64,000 nucleotides of DNA from Sulfurimonadaceae bacterium. GTDB taxonomy: Bacteria > Campylobacterota > Campylobacteria > Campylobacterales > Sulfurimonadaceae. Both the position numbers and the translations under genes were made by a program. Where the stretch lies: positions 1 to 64,000 of the forward strand of contig JBFFUI010000004.1 of the NCBI GenBank assembly GCA_041571435.1. Reading direction: 5' to 3'. Shown here one piece after another: positions 39,327 to 48,562 of this stretch. The notes beneath the pieces were generated by a model, which worked only from the letters and a program-made list of their open reading frames with translations, did no database searches and was not told the origin of the DNA. Position 1 is the stretch's first letter. Each line of letters begins with the position of its first letter.

Positions 39327-40022
39327 ATGCTGTTCTATCAGCCTGAAAGCGGTTATCGTTACAATAGTGACTCTCTCTTTTTGTATGATTTTATCTCCTC
39401 ATTCAACCCGCGCGGCCGTATGCTTGATGTCGGTGCGGGAAGCGGTGTGGTCGGTCTTCTGGTTGCACGCGACAATCCAAGGGTCCATCTCGAAGCGGTT
39501 GAGAAGCAAGAGGCCTTCGTCTTTCTGGCAACCAAGAATGCAGCAATAAACAAGATTCCGTACACCCTTCATCAGACCGATTTTTTGGAGTATGAAGATG
39601 AAGCGGGTTTTGAATATATCGTCTCCAACCCGCCTTTTTATCATGAAGGGGCATCCCGAAGCGAAGACGAGATGGTCCATACTGCCCGGTACAACATCCA
39701 TCTTCCGATTGGGAAGTTTGTTAAAAAAGCGGCGTCGCTTTTACGGCCACAGGGCCATTTTATATTTTGTTACGATGCGCAGCAGTTCGGGCTTTTGTGT
39801 GCGGCTCTGGACAACGCGAAATTAAGAGTTGTTGATGTACAATTCGTCCACTCGAAACGTGACAGAAAGGCCTCGATAGTGATGGTCCACGCACGTAAAA
39901 ACTCAAAGTCTCTGATGACGGTATGGCCCCCTTTTTTCGCGTTTGAGGGGAACGAATATTCCAAAGAGGCGGCAGCGATCTATTCTAAAGCAAGGACACA
40001 TACATTACGATGTCAGATCTAA
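39327..40022 (+). CDS. tRNA1(Val) A37 N6-methyltransferase-like SAM methyltransferase
   Basis: YQP..GYRYNSDS, LDVGAGSG and SNPPF motifs. Confidence 0.85.
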   Translation: MLFYQPESGYRYNSDSLFLYDFISSFNPRGRMLDVGAGSGVVGLLVARDNPRVHLEAVEKQEAFVFLATKNAAINKIPYTLHQTDFLEYEDEAGFEYIVSNPPFYHEGASRSEDEMVHTARYNIHLPIGKFVKKAASLLRPQGHFIFCYDAQQFGLLCAALDNAKLRVVDVQFVHSKRDRKASIVMVHARKNSKSLMTVWPPFFAFEGNEYSKEAAAIYSKARTHTLRCQI

Positions 40023-40390
40023 TACGCCAAGACGGTTTTGATTATGCTTTTGTCCCATCCGCTTGTGATAGCTGCGAAGGGCGCTGCTGTACAGGTGAGA
40101 GCGGAAATATCTTCGTATCGCCACAGGAGATCGCTGAATTGGCCTTGCATCTTGACATGGATGAGCAGCTCTTCCGTGATACCTACCTGCTTAAAAAAGG
40201 GTACAAGTTCTCATTGAAAGAGCGTATTGTCGGCATGTCACATGACTGTATTTTTTTCGATCGGAAGATCGGCGGTTGCGGTGTGTATGAAGCCCGGCCT
40301 CTACAGTGCAGAACCTTTCCTTTTTGGGACTATTTTAAAACACATCTTGGTGAACTGAAACGTGAATGTCCGGGAATCGTTGATGTATAA
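40010..40390 (+). CDS. YkgJ family cysteine-cluster protein
   Basis: CDSCEGRCC, CIFF, C.VYEARP.QCRTFPFW and ECPG. Confidence 0.9.
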   Translation: MSDLIRQDGFDYAFVPSACDSCEGRCCTGESGNIFVSPQEIAELALHLDMDEQLFRDTYLLKKGYKFSLKERIVGMSHDCIFFDRKIGGCGVYEARPLQCRTFPFWDYFKTHLGELKRECPGIVDV

Positions 40391-41684
40391 AACAGTACTC
40401 ACTTCGTTGCTGACCCTGACACTTTTTAGCGGCTGTTCTATGCATGTAAACCGCGAGCACGATCTACAAAAACAAGAGCCGATGTATGTGGATGAAAATA
40501 CATTGGCCATGTTTGCATTTGATGCGTTAAACCGCAACAACAGTGCGGAAGCGGTCGGCTACTTTGACCTGTTGTATGAGAAAACCGAAGACGATATATA
40601 CCGAGACCAAGCTATGAGTATCTTGATGAACGGGGGCTACTACAGCGATGTCGCTGCCCGATTGAACGACAGACGCCAAAAGGGTGAAGTACTTTCGGAC
40701 GAAAATCGGCGTTATCTGGTTGTGGCGCTGTTAGCGAAAAATGAGATGGTGGCTGCAAAAAAAGAGGCGCTTGAATTGGCTGAGAAGAGTCCGATTGAAC
40801 AAAACTATATGGTGTTGGCGCAGGTCTATTTGCAAGAGAAGGACTACATCAACGCTTTGGCGACACTCGAAGAGGCCTATCAGCTTAACTATTCAGAGCA
40901 GGCTCTAGAAAAGATTGCGGTGATCACCTATGTCAATCTGAATAACCCCTATAAGGCCATATCAAGGATAGAAGAACACAGTAAAAACCTCGGCTACTCG
41001 CTGCTTTTGACAAAACGTCTGGTCTCGTTTTACGGTGATCAGCAAGATGAAGCGGGCTTATTGAAAAACTATCCCCACCTCTACGAGCTGGAACCGACAG
41101 AGAACAATGCCGGTATACTGATACAGCTCTACTGGAATGCGAATAAGATACCGGAACTGACACAGTTTTTGGAACGCACCCACACGAACGATGCCCTGTT
41201 GTTAAAGATCTATGTCAGTGAAAAAGTGTATAAAAAAGCGGTTCCTCTCTCTCAAAAGCTTTATGAAGCGACAGGCGAACTCGACTATCTGGGGCAAAAA
41301 GCGATTTATCAGTATGAAGGGGCCGCAAACAGAAGTGACGAGCAACTTTTGGACAGTGTCATCGATGACCTGACGAAAGTCGTTGAAGTCAAGGAAGAGG
41401 GCTATTATCTGAACTATCTCGGTTACTGTATGATCGAACATGACCGTAACATTACGGCCGGGATAGCGTATGTGAAACGCGCGTTGGCGATCGAGCCCGA
41501 TTCGGGGTATTTTATCGACTCTCTGGCCTGGGGATACTACAAACAGGGTGAGTGTCAGAAAGCGGATGCCCTGATGGATCGGGTCGTTGAACTTTTGGGT
41601 GCCGATGATCCGGAAGTTAAAAACCATCGCAACGCTATCAACAAGTGTCTGGAAAGCTCTAAAAAAAGGAAAAACAGTAAATGA
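40383..41684 (+). CDS. TPR-repeat lipoprotein
   Basis: Lipobox FSGC; helical repeats; LNYLGY and DSLAWGYYK motifs. Confidence 0.85.
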   Translation: MYKTVLTSLLTLTLFSGCSMHVNREHDLQKQEPMYVDENTLAMFAFDALNRNNSAEAVGYFDLLYEKTEDDIYRDQAMSILMNGGYYSDVAARLNDRRQKGEVLSDENRRYLVVALLAKNEMVAAKKEALELAEKSPIEQNYMVLAQVYLQEKDYINALATLEEAYQLNYSEQALEKIAVITYVNLNNPYKAISRIEEHSKNLGYSLLLTKRLVSFYGDQQDEAGLLKNYPHLYELEPTENNAGILIQLYWNANKIPELTQFLERTHTNDALLLKIYVSEKVYKKAVPLSQKLYEATGELDYLGQKAIYQYEGAANRSDEQLLDSVIDDLTKVVEVKEEGYYLNYLGYCMIEHDRNITAGIAYVKRALAIEPDSGYFIDSLAWGYYKQGECQKADALMDRVVELLGADDPEVKNHRNAINKCLESSKKRKNSK

Positions 41685-42472
41685 TATTAGATGAGATTAT
41701 CGCCAAGACCAAGGAAGACCTTGCCATACGCGAAAAAGAGTTTTCGATGGAGTGGTTGGGGCGTTCACTTGCTTTTAATGCACGTGCACCGCGTGATGTT
41801 ATTCCGTATTTAAAGTCGACGGAAGAGGACAAATATCGCATTATTACCGAGGTGAAAAAAGCGAGCCCGTCCAAGGGTATTATCCGTGAGGATTTTGACC
41901 CGTTGGCGATCGGCCAGGCGTATGAACGCGGTGGTGCCAGTGCGATCTCGGTTCTGACCGAACCGCACTATTTTAAAGGGAGTCTTGATTATCTTTCGGC
42001 GCTTCGCCGTTATGTCAGTATCCCACTGCTTCGTAAAGACTTCATCGTCTCGGAATACCAGCTATTGGAAGCGCTGGTCCATGGGGCGGACTTTGTGCTG
42101 CTTATCGCAGCAGCTCTCTCTCGTAAAGAGCTCAAACATCTTCTCAACTATACGCGTCACCTGGGTATGGAAGCGCTTGTCGAAGTGCATGACAAGTCGG
42201 ACCTGACCAAGGCGATCTTCGCCGGCGCCGACATCATCGGTATCAACCACCGAAACCTGCAGACTTTTGAGATGAACATGAACCTCTCGTATGAGCTGAT
42301 CCCGCTGATTCCCAACGGAAAGATCATCGTGGCCGAAAGCGGTATCTATGAACACGGACAGCTGGAAGACCTGAATAAAGCGGGTGTCGATGCTTTCCTG
42401 GTCGGTGAATCACTGATGCGCCAAGATGATGTTGAGAGTGCCGTACGCTGTCTTAAAACAGGTGACTGCTGA
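41681..42472 (+). CDS. trpC: Indole-3-glycerol phosphate synthase
   Basis: [23 protein letters not shown] and LVGE motifs. Confidence 0.97.
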   Translation: MILDEIIAKTKEDLAIREKEFSMEWLGRSLAFNARAPRDVIPYLKSTEEDKYRIITEVKKASPSKGIIREDFDPLAIGQAYERGGASAISVLTEPHYFKGSLDYLSALRRYVSIPLLRKDFIVSEYQLLEALVHGADFVLLIAAALSRKELKHLLNYTRHLGMEALVEVHDKSDLTKAIFAGADIIGINHRNLQTFEMNMNLSYELIPLIPNGKIIVAESGIYEHGQLEDLNKAGVDAFLVGESLMRQDDVESAVRCLKTGDC

Positions 42473-43164
42473 TGAGAGGTCTGTTTCTGTCGCTTCTGGC
42501 TCTTCTTGTCATGACAGGCTGTTCAACGTCGCCTAAAGAGCAACCGCAGCCGCAAGAGCGACACAAAAGCCAATCGCCGCATATAGACTTCAACAGTGAA
42601 AAGAGTAGTGCCGCATTTATCGTACCGACCTACCATGAAGAGAGTATGGCAGACAGTGACCATGACGGTGTGGAAGATGGTAAAGACCGCTGTACAGAGA
42701 CCCCTATCGGTGTCGAAGTCGATGCAGAGGGGTGTGCATACGATCGAGACAAAGACGGTATCAAAGACTATGAGGATATGTGCCCTGACTCAATGCCGCA
42801 TGCCAAGATAAAAGCGGACGGTTGTGCCGACTTTATCTCGTTTAACCTCTACTACGCACCGCGTGTGAATGAGATAACGCCTAAGTCGATGTCCATTCTT
42901 GAAAAAGCGGTTGGTTACCTTGAAGAACACCCGGAGTATAAGGTCAAGATCACAGGCCATACCGACAATGTCGGCGATGAGGCGTACAACCTGAAACTCT
43001 CTAAAGAACGTGCAGAAGATGTTTTGAAACTATTTAACCGTAAAGGGATCAACTTCAACCGATTAAGTGCTACAGGTAAGGGTGAAGCCGAACCGATCGA
43101 AACGAACGAGACCGATGAAGGGCGTGCCATTAACCGCCGTATTGAGGTCGAGCTCTACCAATAA
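42472..43164 (+). CDS. OmpA-family lipoprotein with thrombospondin type-3-like Ca-binding repeats
   Basis: Lipobox MTGC; DSDHDGV.D..D.C repeats; GHTD, NLKLSKERA and NRRIE. Confidence 0.92.
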   Translation: MRGLFLSLLALLVMTGCSTSPKEQPQPQERHKSQSPHIDFNSEKSSAAFIVPTYHEESMADSDHDGVEDGKDRCTETPIGVEVDAEGCAYDRDKDGIKDYEDMCPDSMPHAKIKADGCADFISFNLYYAPRVNEITPKSMSILEKAVGYLEEHPEYKVKITGHTDNVGDEAYNLKLSKERAEDVLKLFNRKGINFNRLSATGKGEAEPIETNETDEGRAINRRIEVELYQ

Positions 43165-43425
43165 AGAGCGGTGTCTCTGTACGTTTACGGCCGAGACGAC
43201 ATCGAAGAGCTAAAACCTTCGCTCTTTTCAACATGCCCCTTCTATAGTCAGTGTAAATTTTTCCTCACTAACCATCGCAATTCCATAAAGATCAATGCTT
43301 TTTTACGGATTCCCTTTTTAATACGTGTGTTGTTTTATCGGTTTGTCCCAGTATTAAAATTCTTGGGGACCGGTTTCAGACAGTATCGGTACAGAGGATC
43401 TAGTCAGGCAGATCTCCGCTGACTT

Positions 43426-44301
43426 TTAAAAGCGGATGGAGACGTAGAAGCTTAGGTCAAAGGTCATGTCATCCGAGAGGAAGTTGTTTCTTCGGTAGAG
43501 AACATAAGAGGGCTTTGTTGTCGTCTCGTATTCGCTTTTAGGAAGCCACTCATGGTAGACCCAGTGGATGAACTTCAGGCTGTCACCGTGTTTTCCTTGC
43601 AGATCGAAGCGGGCATAGATACCGTCTGAGATCTTGAATTTCGGCAGGCGGTCACTTTCTACCTCTTCAGCATTATTCGCAACGATACAGGCAATGTATT
43701 GACACTCATCGAGCGGTGTAATGGTCGGGTTGTCATGGAACAGACCGATCTCGTCAAAATCCTCGATCCCTTGTCCCATCGCCCAGGTCTGAAGCTTCTG
43801 CCAGGTCTGTCTTATGGTCGGACCGTACCCTTTATGGCGGATGTAATAACTTTCGATAGCGGGCATCTTGACGATCGTCGGTTCCATGTCACTGAAATCT
43901 GCAGTTGAGCGGACAGCGATCTCAGACTGTTGGAGGATACGTTTTGAGTAACTTCTGTATCCACCGTTGCGCCACGCTTTTGGCGACATCTCAAATCGCT
44001 CTTTGAAGGCTTTGATAAACGAGGAGTGCGAACTGTAGCCGCAGAGGTTCGCGATTTCCGAGATTGTCGTATATTTATTGGTCAAAAGCAGGTTCGAGGC
44101 TTTTTGTAGACGGATCGATTTGATACTTTCGTAAATATTTTTTCCGAAAGCCTCTTTGAAGATCCGGTGCATGTGGAACTTGCTGACGCCAAGATCGCTG
44201 CTCAGCTCTTCGACATCGATGTGGGTATCGATATGCGTGTAGATATAGTACATGATATCATTGGCGATCTTGGTTCGTTTTTGCAGGGTCGTCTTTTTCA
44301 T
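43426..44301 (-). CDS. AraC family regulator with C-terminal GyrI-like ligand-binding domain
   Basis: SKFHMHRIFK, IRLQKA and CGYSS.SSF..AFK HTH; HDNP.IT GyrI-like motif. Confidence 0.92.
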   Translation of the reverse strand: MKKTTLQKRTKIANDIMYYIYTHIDTHIDVEELSSDLGVSKFHMHRIFKEAFGKNIYESIKSIRLQKASNLLLTNKYTTISEIANLCGYSSHSSFIKAFKERFEMSPKAWRNGGYRSYSKRILQQSEIAVRSTADFSDMEPTIVKMPAIESYYIRHKGYGPTIRQTWQKLQTWAMGQGIEDFDEIGLFHDNPTITPLDECQYIACIVANNAEEVESDRLPKFKISDGIYARFDLQGKHGDSLKFIHWVYHEWLPKSEYETTTKPSYVLYRRNNFLSDDMTFDLSFYVSIRF

Positions 44302-44452
44302 ATCACTATTATATAGCAATTATAGACAATTTAATAAACATATATGAATTATATTGAGAGCATATATAGATTAAAATAGGAACACAAAAAATAAAGAATA
44401 AATCGGCGTAACATTCTACAATACTCCCATCATATAAAAAGGTGGAAGCGCA

Positions 44453-45904
44453 ATGCAAAAGATCACAAAAATATTGGTTGCCAACAGGGGCGAAATAGCG
44501 CTGCGAATCATTCGGGCCTGCCGCGAACTGGAGATCAAAAGTGTGGCAATGTTCTCGGAAGTGGACATAGAGGCGATATGGGTCAGAAAAGCTGACGAGT
44601 GCTACCCGATCCTCGGTAACCCTATTGAGGCATATCTCGATTATGAACGGATCATCTCACTGGCGATAAAAGCGGGCTGCGAAGCGATCCATCCCGGGTA
44701 CGGCTTTCTCTCTGAAAGCGCGGAATTTGCAAAAGCATGTGAGGAGAAAGGGCTTATCTTTATCGGGCCGAAGGCAGAACATATTGCGCTGTTCGGTGAC
44801 AAGATGGCCTCCAAGATCGCGATGAAAGCGGTCGGGGTGCCGGTGCTTGAAGGCACTGATGAACCGGTCAGCTCGCTGGAAGAGGGGGCGCGTATCTCTG
44901 AAGAGATCGGCTTTCCTGTCATTATCAAAGCGGCGTTTGGCGGCGGCGGCAGAGGAATGCGTATCGTCAGGGAGGCGAATGAATTTGATGACCTTTTCGA
45001 GTCGGCGACCTCCGAAGCGAAGAAGTATTTCGGTAGGGGAGAGATGTTCATCGAAAAGTATGTCGAGAACCCTCGCCACATCGAAGTACAGATCATTGCC
45101 GATAAATATGGTAAGGTGGTACATCTCGGCGAGAGGGACTGCTCCATTCAGCGCCGTCACCAGAAAGTGATAGAGATCGCCCCCTCCCCAAGACTCAATG
45201 ATGCGGTCAGACAGGAACTTTTCCGTATCTCGACCGAGGCGATGTTGGAGCTTGGCTATGAGAGCGTCGGTACCATCGAATTTCTAGTGGACGAAGCGGA
45301 CAACATCTATTTTATTGAGATGAACACGCGAGTCCAGGTCGAACACCCGGTAACGGAGCTGATCTCCGGTATCGACATCATCCAGCGGATGATCCAGATC
45401 GCAGAAGGGGACGGACTGCGTTACGCTCAGGAGGAGATCGCTTTTCGCGGTTACGCTATTGAGTTCCGTATTAATGCGGAGGATCCGAAAAATAACTTTT
45501 TTCCTGCTGTCGGAAAGATCACCAACTATATGGCACCCGGCGGACCGGGGGTGCGACTTGACACCAGCCTCTACGCAGGCTACACGATCCCGGGTAACTA
45601 TGACTCTATGATCGGTAAACTGATCATCTGGTCATTAGACTGGGAGGGTGTTGTCAAAAAAGCGCGACGGGCTCTAGATGAGTTTTATATCGACGGCATT
45701 GTCACCAATATCCCTCTGCACAGAGAGATAACCAGGGACAGAGACTTTATGGAAGGAACATTTGACACGGGGTACCTTGATCAGAAACTACCGCATTTTA
45801 ATTTAGAGGCGGTGGATCATATTCAAGAGGAAGAAAAACGTATGGCGGATATCACTGCATTGATCGAGACGATTACCAGCAAAAAGATCAATATACGCCA
45901 TTAG
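44453..45904 (+). CDS. Biotin carboxylase (pyruvate carboxylase subunit A-like)
   Basis: ANRGEIA, HPGYGFLSE, GGGGRGMR, ERDCSIQRRHQK, EMNTRVQVEHPVTE and YDSMIGK. Confidence 0.93.
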   Translation: MQKITKILVANRGEIALRIIRACRELEIKSVAMFSEVDIEAIWVRKADECYPILGNPIEAYLDYERIISLAIKAGCEAIHPGYGFLSESAEFAKACEEKGLIFIGPKAEHIALFGDKMASKIAMKAVGVPVLEGTDEPVSSLEEGARISEEIGFPVIIKAAFGGGGRGMRIVREANEFDDLFESATSEAKKYFGRGEMFIEKYVENPRHIEVQIIADKYGKVVHLGERDCSIQRRHQKVIEIAPSPRLNDAVRQELFRISTEAMLELGYESVGTIEFLVDEADNIYFIEMNTRVQVEHPVTELISGIDIIQRMIQIAEGDGLRYAQEEIAFRGYAIEFRINAEDPKNNFFPAVGKITNYMAPGGPGVRLDTSLYAGYTIPGNYDSMIGKLIIWSLDWEGVVKKARRALDEFYIDGIVTNIPLHREITRDRDFMEGTFDTGYLDQKLPHFNLEAVDHIQEEEKRMADITALIETITSKKINIRH

Positions 45905-46159
45905 CCACTGTTTAGTGCTTCGTCGCTCCTGACTGAAGCGCTCTTCTCCTCTAGATGTACTGATTGCATAGGCAAAAATACGGACAAAACCGGGCCAAAG
46001 TTATCGGGAAGCTTTACTCATAACATCAACGCACTCAATTATAATCAAAAGCATCTTTTGGGTTTTCTATGCATTTTGGCAACGGAGAGACAGATTTTGT
46101 CCGCACTACGCTTAAAGTTTTTTCCATCTATTTTTTATCAGTTGCAACCCCTGTTGGAG

Positions 46160-46168
46160 TGTTATAAT
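46160..46168 (+). promoter_or_regulatory. Extended -10 promoter (TGTTATAAT)
   Basis: About 26 nt upstream of ATG 46195 with AAGGAG RBS. Confidence 0.6.
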
Positions 46169-46194
46169 GGACCATAACACTGCAAGGAGCAAGG

Positions 46195-47022
46195 ATGAAA
46201 ATTGCGCTAACCGGTGCCAGCGGTTTTGTCGGTCAGGCACTTCAGGATTTCTATCAAGAGAGTGTGGTTATTGACCGCAACGATGACGAGATGATGATAC
46301 TTAAAAAGCTTGAGGGAGTCGATGTCGTTATAAATCTCGCGGGTGCGCCGATCATCAAGCGTTGGAGCGATCCCTACAAGAAAGTACTTTTGCAGAGCCG
46401 AATTTTGACCACCGAACGGCTGGTCCGAGCCATCAACAAAAGTAGTGTCTCGCACTTCATTTCAACCTCTGCTATCGGTATCTATCCGGATGACCGTCAG
46501 TGTGACGAAGGGTGTAAGGAGCTCGCTAATGACTTTTTGGGACAACTGGCCCGAAAGTGGGAAAACGAGGCAAGGCAGTGCACTAAACCAACGACTATTT
46601 TGCGTTTTGGTGTGGTCTTGGGCAGTGAAGGAGGTGCTTTGAAACAGATGCTGACACCGTTTAGACTTGGTGTCGGAGGGATGATAGGAAACGGGATGAT
46701 GATGACCAGTTGGATTGCCCTTGAAGATTTGATCGATATCTACGACTTCGTGATAAGAGGACAACGCGAGGGGACTTATAATGCAGTATCGCCGAATCCT
46801 GTAAGCAACTACCACTTTACCAAAGCACTCGGCAAGACACTGCACCGCCCAACCGTTCTGCCCATCCCGGAATTTGCGCTGCGTCTGATGTACGGTGAAG
46901 CGGCAACGGTGTTGACCGGTTCCAAAGAGATCTATCCAAAAGCATTGGAAGAGGCAGGTTTTGTGTTCAAGTACCGTGACATAGAATCGGCACTGCAGGC
47001 GATCGTTAAAAATAAGATCTGA
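46195..47022 (+). CDS. TIGR01777 (YfcH-like) NAD-dependent epimerase/oxidoreductase
   Basis: TGASGFVG, INLAGAPI..RW, LRFGVVL and N.VSPNPVSN. Confidence 0.9.
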   Translation: MKIALTGASGFVGQALQDFYQESVVIDRNDDEMMILKKLEGVDVVINLAGAPIIKRWSDPYKKVLLQSRILTTERLVRAINKSSVSHFISTSAIGIYPDDRQCDEGCKELANDFLGQLARKWENEARQCTKPTTILRFGVVLGSEGGALKQMLTPFRLGVGGMIGNGMMMTSWIALEDLIDIYDFVIRGQREGTYNAVSPNPVSNYHFTKALGKTLHRPTVLPIPEFALRLMYGEAATVLTGSKEIYPKALEEAGFVFKYRDIESALQAIVKNKI

Positions 47023-47132
47023 TGTAAGCATGTTGGCACTTATCAAAAACTATGTTATCTCTTTAGTATCCATTATTCACATCTGGGCATAACGTTATAA
47101 GACCGATTAAAAACCTCTAAAGAAAAAATGCT

Positions 47133-47576
47133 TTAGATCACCATTTGGATAAGGCTCTCAGCCCACATACTGAGTTGCTCTTTTGAGAGCGCACTCGTAA
47201 AGCGGTTTACCTCTTGGCCGTTTTTAAACGCGATAACGGTCGGGAGCTTATTGACACCGTACAGGCGTGCAACCTCTTGATGTTCTACGGTGTTGACCTT
47301 CAAAAAACGAACTTCCAGAGCACAGCCTTTTGCAGCTTCTTCGTAATCCGGTGCCATTTTCATACAGGGTGCACAATCGGGAGAATAAAAATCGACGAGG
47401 ACGGGAATATCGTTATCATTGATATGGATCTTGCAGCTACTGTCGGAACAATCGACAGGCGTGGTCTCTTCCAGCGGGACACTGCAGGATGTGCAAGGGG
47501 AGGGGCTCTTTTCGATAACATTTATTATAGTATTGACGGTATTGCATTGGGGACAGACAATATTAAGGGTTTCCAT
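47133..47576 (-). CDS. Thioredoxin 2 (TrxC)-like protein with N-terminal Zn finger
   Basis: CPQC...CTSC Zn motif; VDFYSPDCAPC active site. Confidence 0.85.
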   Translation of the reverse strand: METLNIVCPQCNTVNTIINVIEKSPSPCTSCSVPLEETTPVDCSDSSCKIHINDNDIPVLVDFYSPDCAPCMKMAPDYEEAAKGCALEVRFLKVNTVEHQEVARLYGVNKLPTVIAFKNGQEVNRFTSALSKEQLSMWAESLIQMVI

Positions 47577-47732
47577 ATTCTTCCTTTAGGCTTACAGTGC
47601 ATAATCTGTACTTTTACGAGTCCCTGCGTTTGATAGGTGCGCATTGATACGTTGTTGCATTACTGATACGTTTATGTAGTATCTTTGCAATCGAAGCGCT
47701 ATAGACTGTTTTAAAAAAGAGGAGGAAGTGAT

Positions 47733-47999
47733 ATGTTCATTTCATTAAGAGAGGTTAAGACTTTTGTTGGTAGGGAGATGGCTGTTCGTCTGTGCGAATG
47801 GATCGAAAACTATACACCGGTGACATGCAGACAGGGGCAGGAGGTTAAGGATGGTTTAGAGTTCGACATCGATGAAGCGATCGAGTATGCAAAGATCAAG
47901 ATACATCAGGAGAGTTTTAAACGGGCATTTTTTCCGCATCTGGTAAAGTTGAAACACGATATGGTATGTAACGGCCTTGAGAAGGTCCGCTCAGCATAG
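47733..47999 (+). CDS. Small hypothetical protein, possibly a winged-helix (Xis/MerR-like) DNA-binding protein
   Basis: Strong AGGAGG RBS; ISLREV..FVG...W....PV...G......FD...AIEY pattern. Confidence 0.6.
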   Translation: MFISLREVKTFVGREMAVRLCEWIENYTPVTCRQGQEVKDGLEFDIDEAIEYAKIKIHQESFKRAFFPHLVKLKHDMVCNGLEKVRSA

Positions 48000-48048
48000 A
48001 AGTGCGTACTAAAGCAGTGCAGTAGATCTCAGGCTGCTGGTTGAGTCG

Positions 48049-48492
48049 TTACGAAAGAAGGGCTTTAGCGCATTGGTTGATGCGTTTACCGTCAGCGATA
48101 CCGTTTAGCTCTTTGGATGCTGTTCCCATCACCTTGCCGATATCTTTCATCGATTCTGCACCAACGTTAGCGATGATGGTTTTGATACGTGCTTCAAGTT
48201 CTGCGTCATCAAGCTGCTTCGGCAGGTACTCTTCATAGATCGTTATCTCCGCCATCTCTTTGTCATAAAGGTCGTCACGGCCGGCATCTTTATATTGTGA
48301 CGCGGCGTCCTGGCGTTGTTTGACCTGTTTTTGAATGATCTTCAGTGTGGCTTCATCGTCTAGTTCGATACGCTCATCGACTTCGATCTGTTTGAACGCT
48401 GAGGTCAATAGTCTAAGCGCGTCGCGACGCACTGTGTCTTTGGCTTTCATCGCCTCTTTGACTTCGTTTTGGATCTGTTCTTTTAATGACAT
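48049..48492 (-). CDS. GatB/YqeY domain protein
   Basis: MKAKD, KQR.DA..QY..AGR.DL, YLPKQL and DIGKVMG. Confidence 0.93.
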   Translation of the reverse strand: MSLKEQIQNEVKEAMKAKDTVRRDALRLLTSAFKQIEVDERIELDDEATLKIIQKQVKQRQDAASQYKDAGRDDLYDKEMAEITIYEEYLPKQLDDAELEARIKTIIANVGAESMKDIGKVMGTASKELNGIADGKRINQCAKALLS

Positions 48493-48562
48493 GGTATTTC
48501 CTTTATGTTAAGTAAAACGTACTGAGGCACGTCAATGCGCCGCAAATAGTACGGCGTGCGTA

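Noticed and set aside
43171-43422. 83-aa plus-strand ORF
   Set aside because: No convincing RBS, atypical composition and no recognisable motif
45965-46103. Interleaved inverted repeats TGCATAG/CTATGCA and CGGACAAAA/TTTTGTCCG
   Set aside because: Short and widely spaced; compatible with chance and matches no RNA family I recognise
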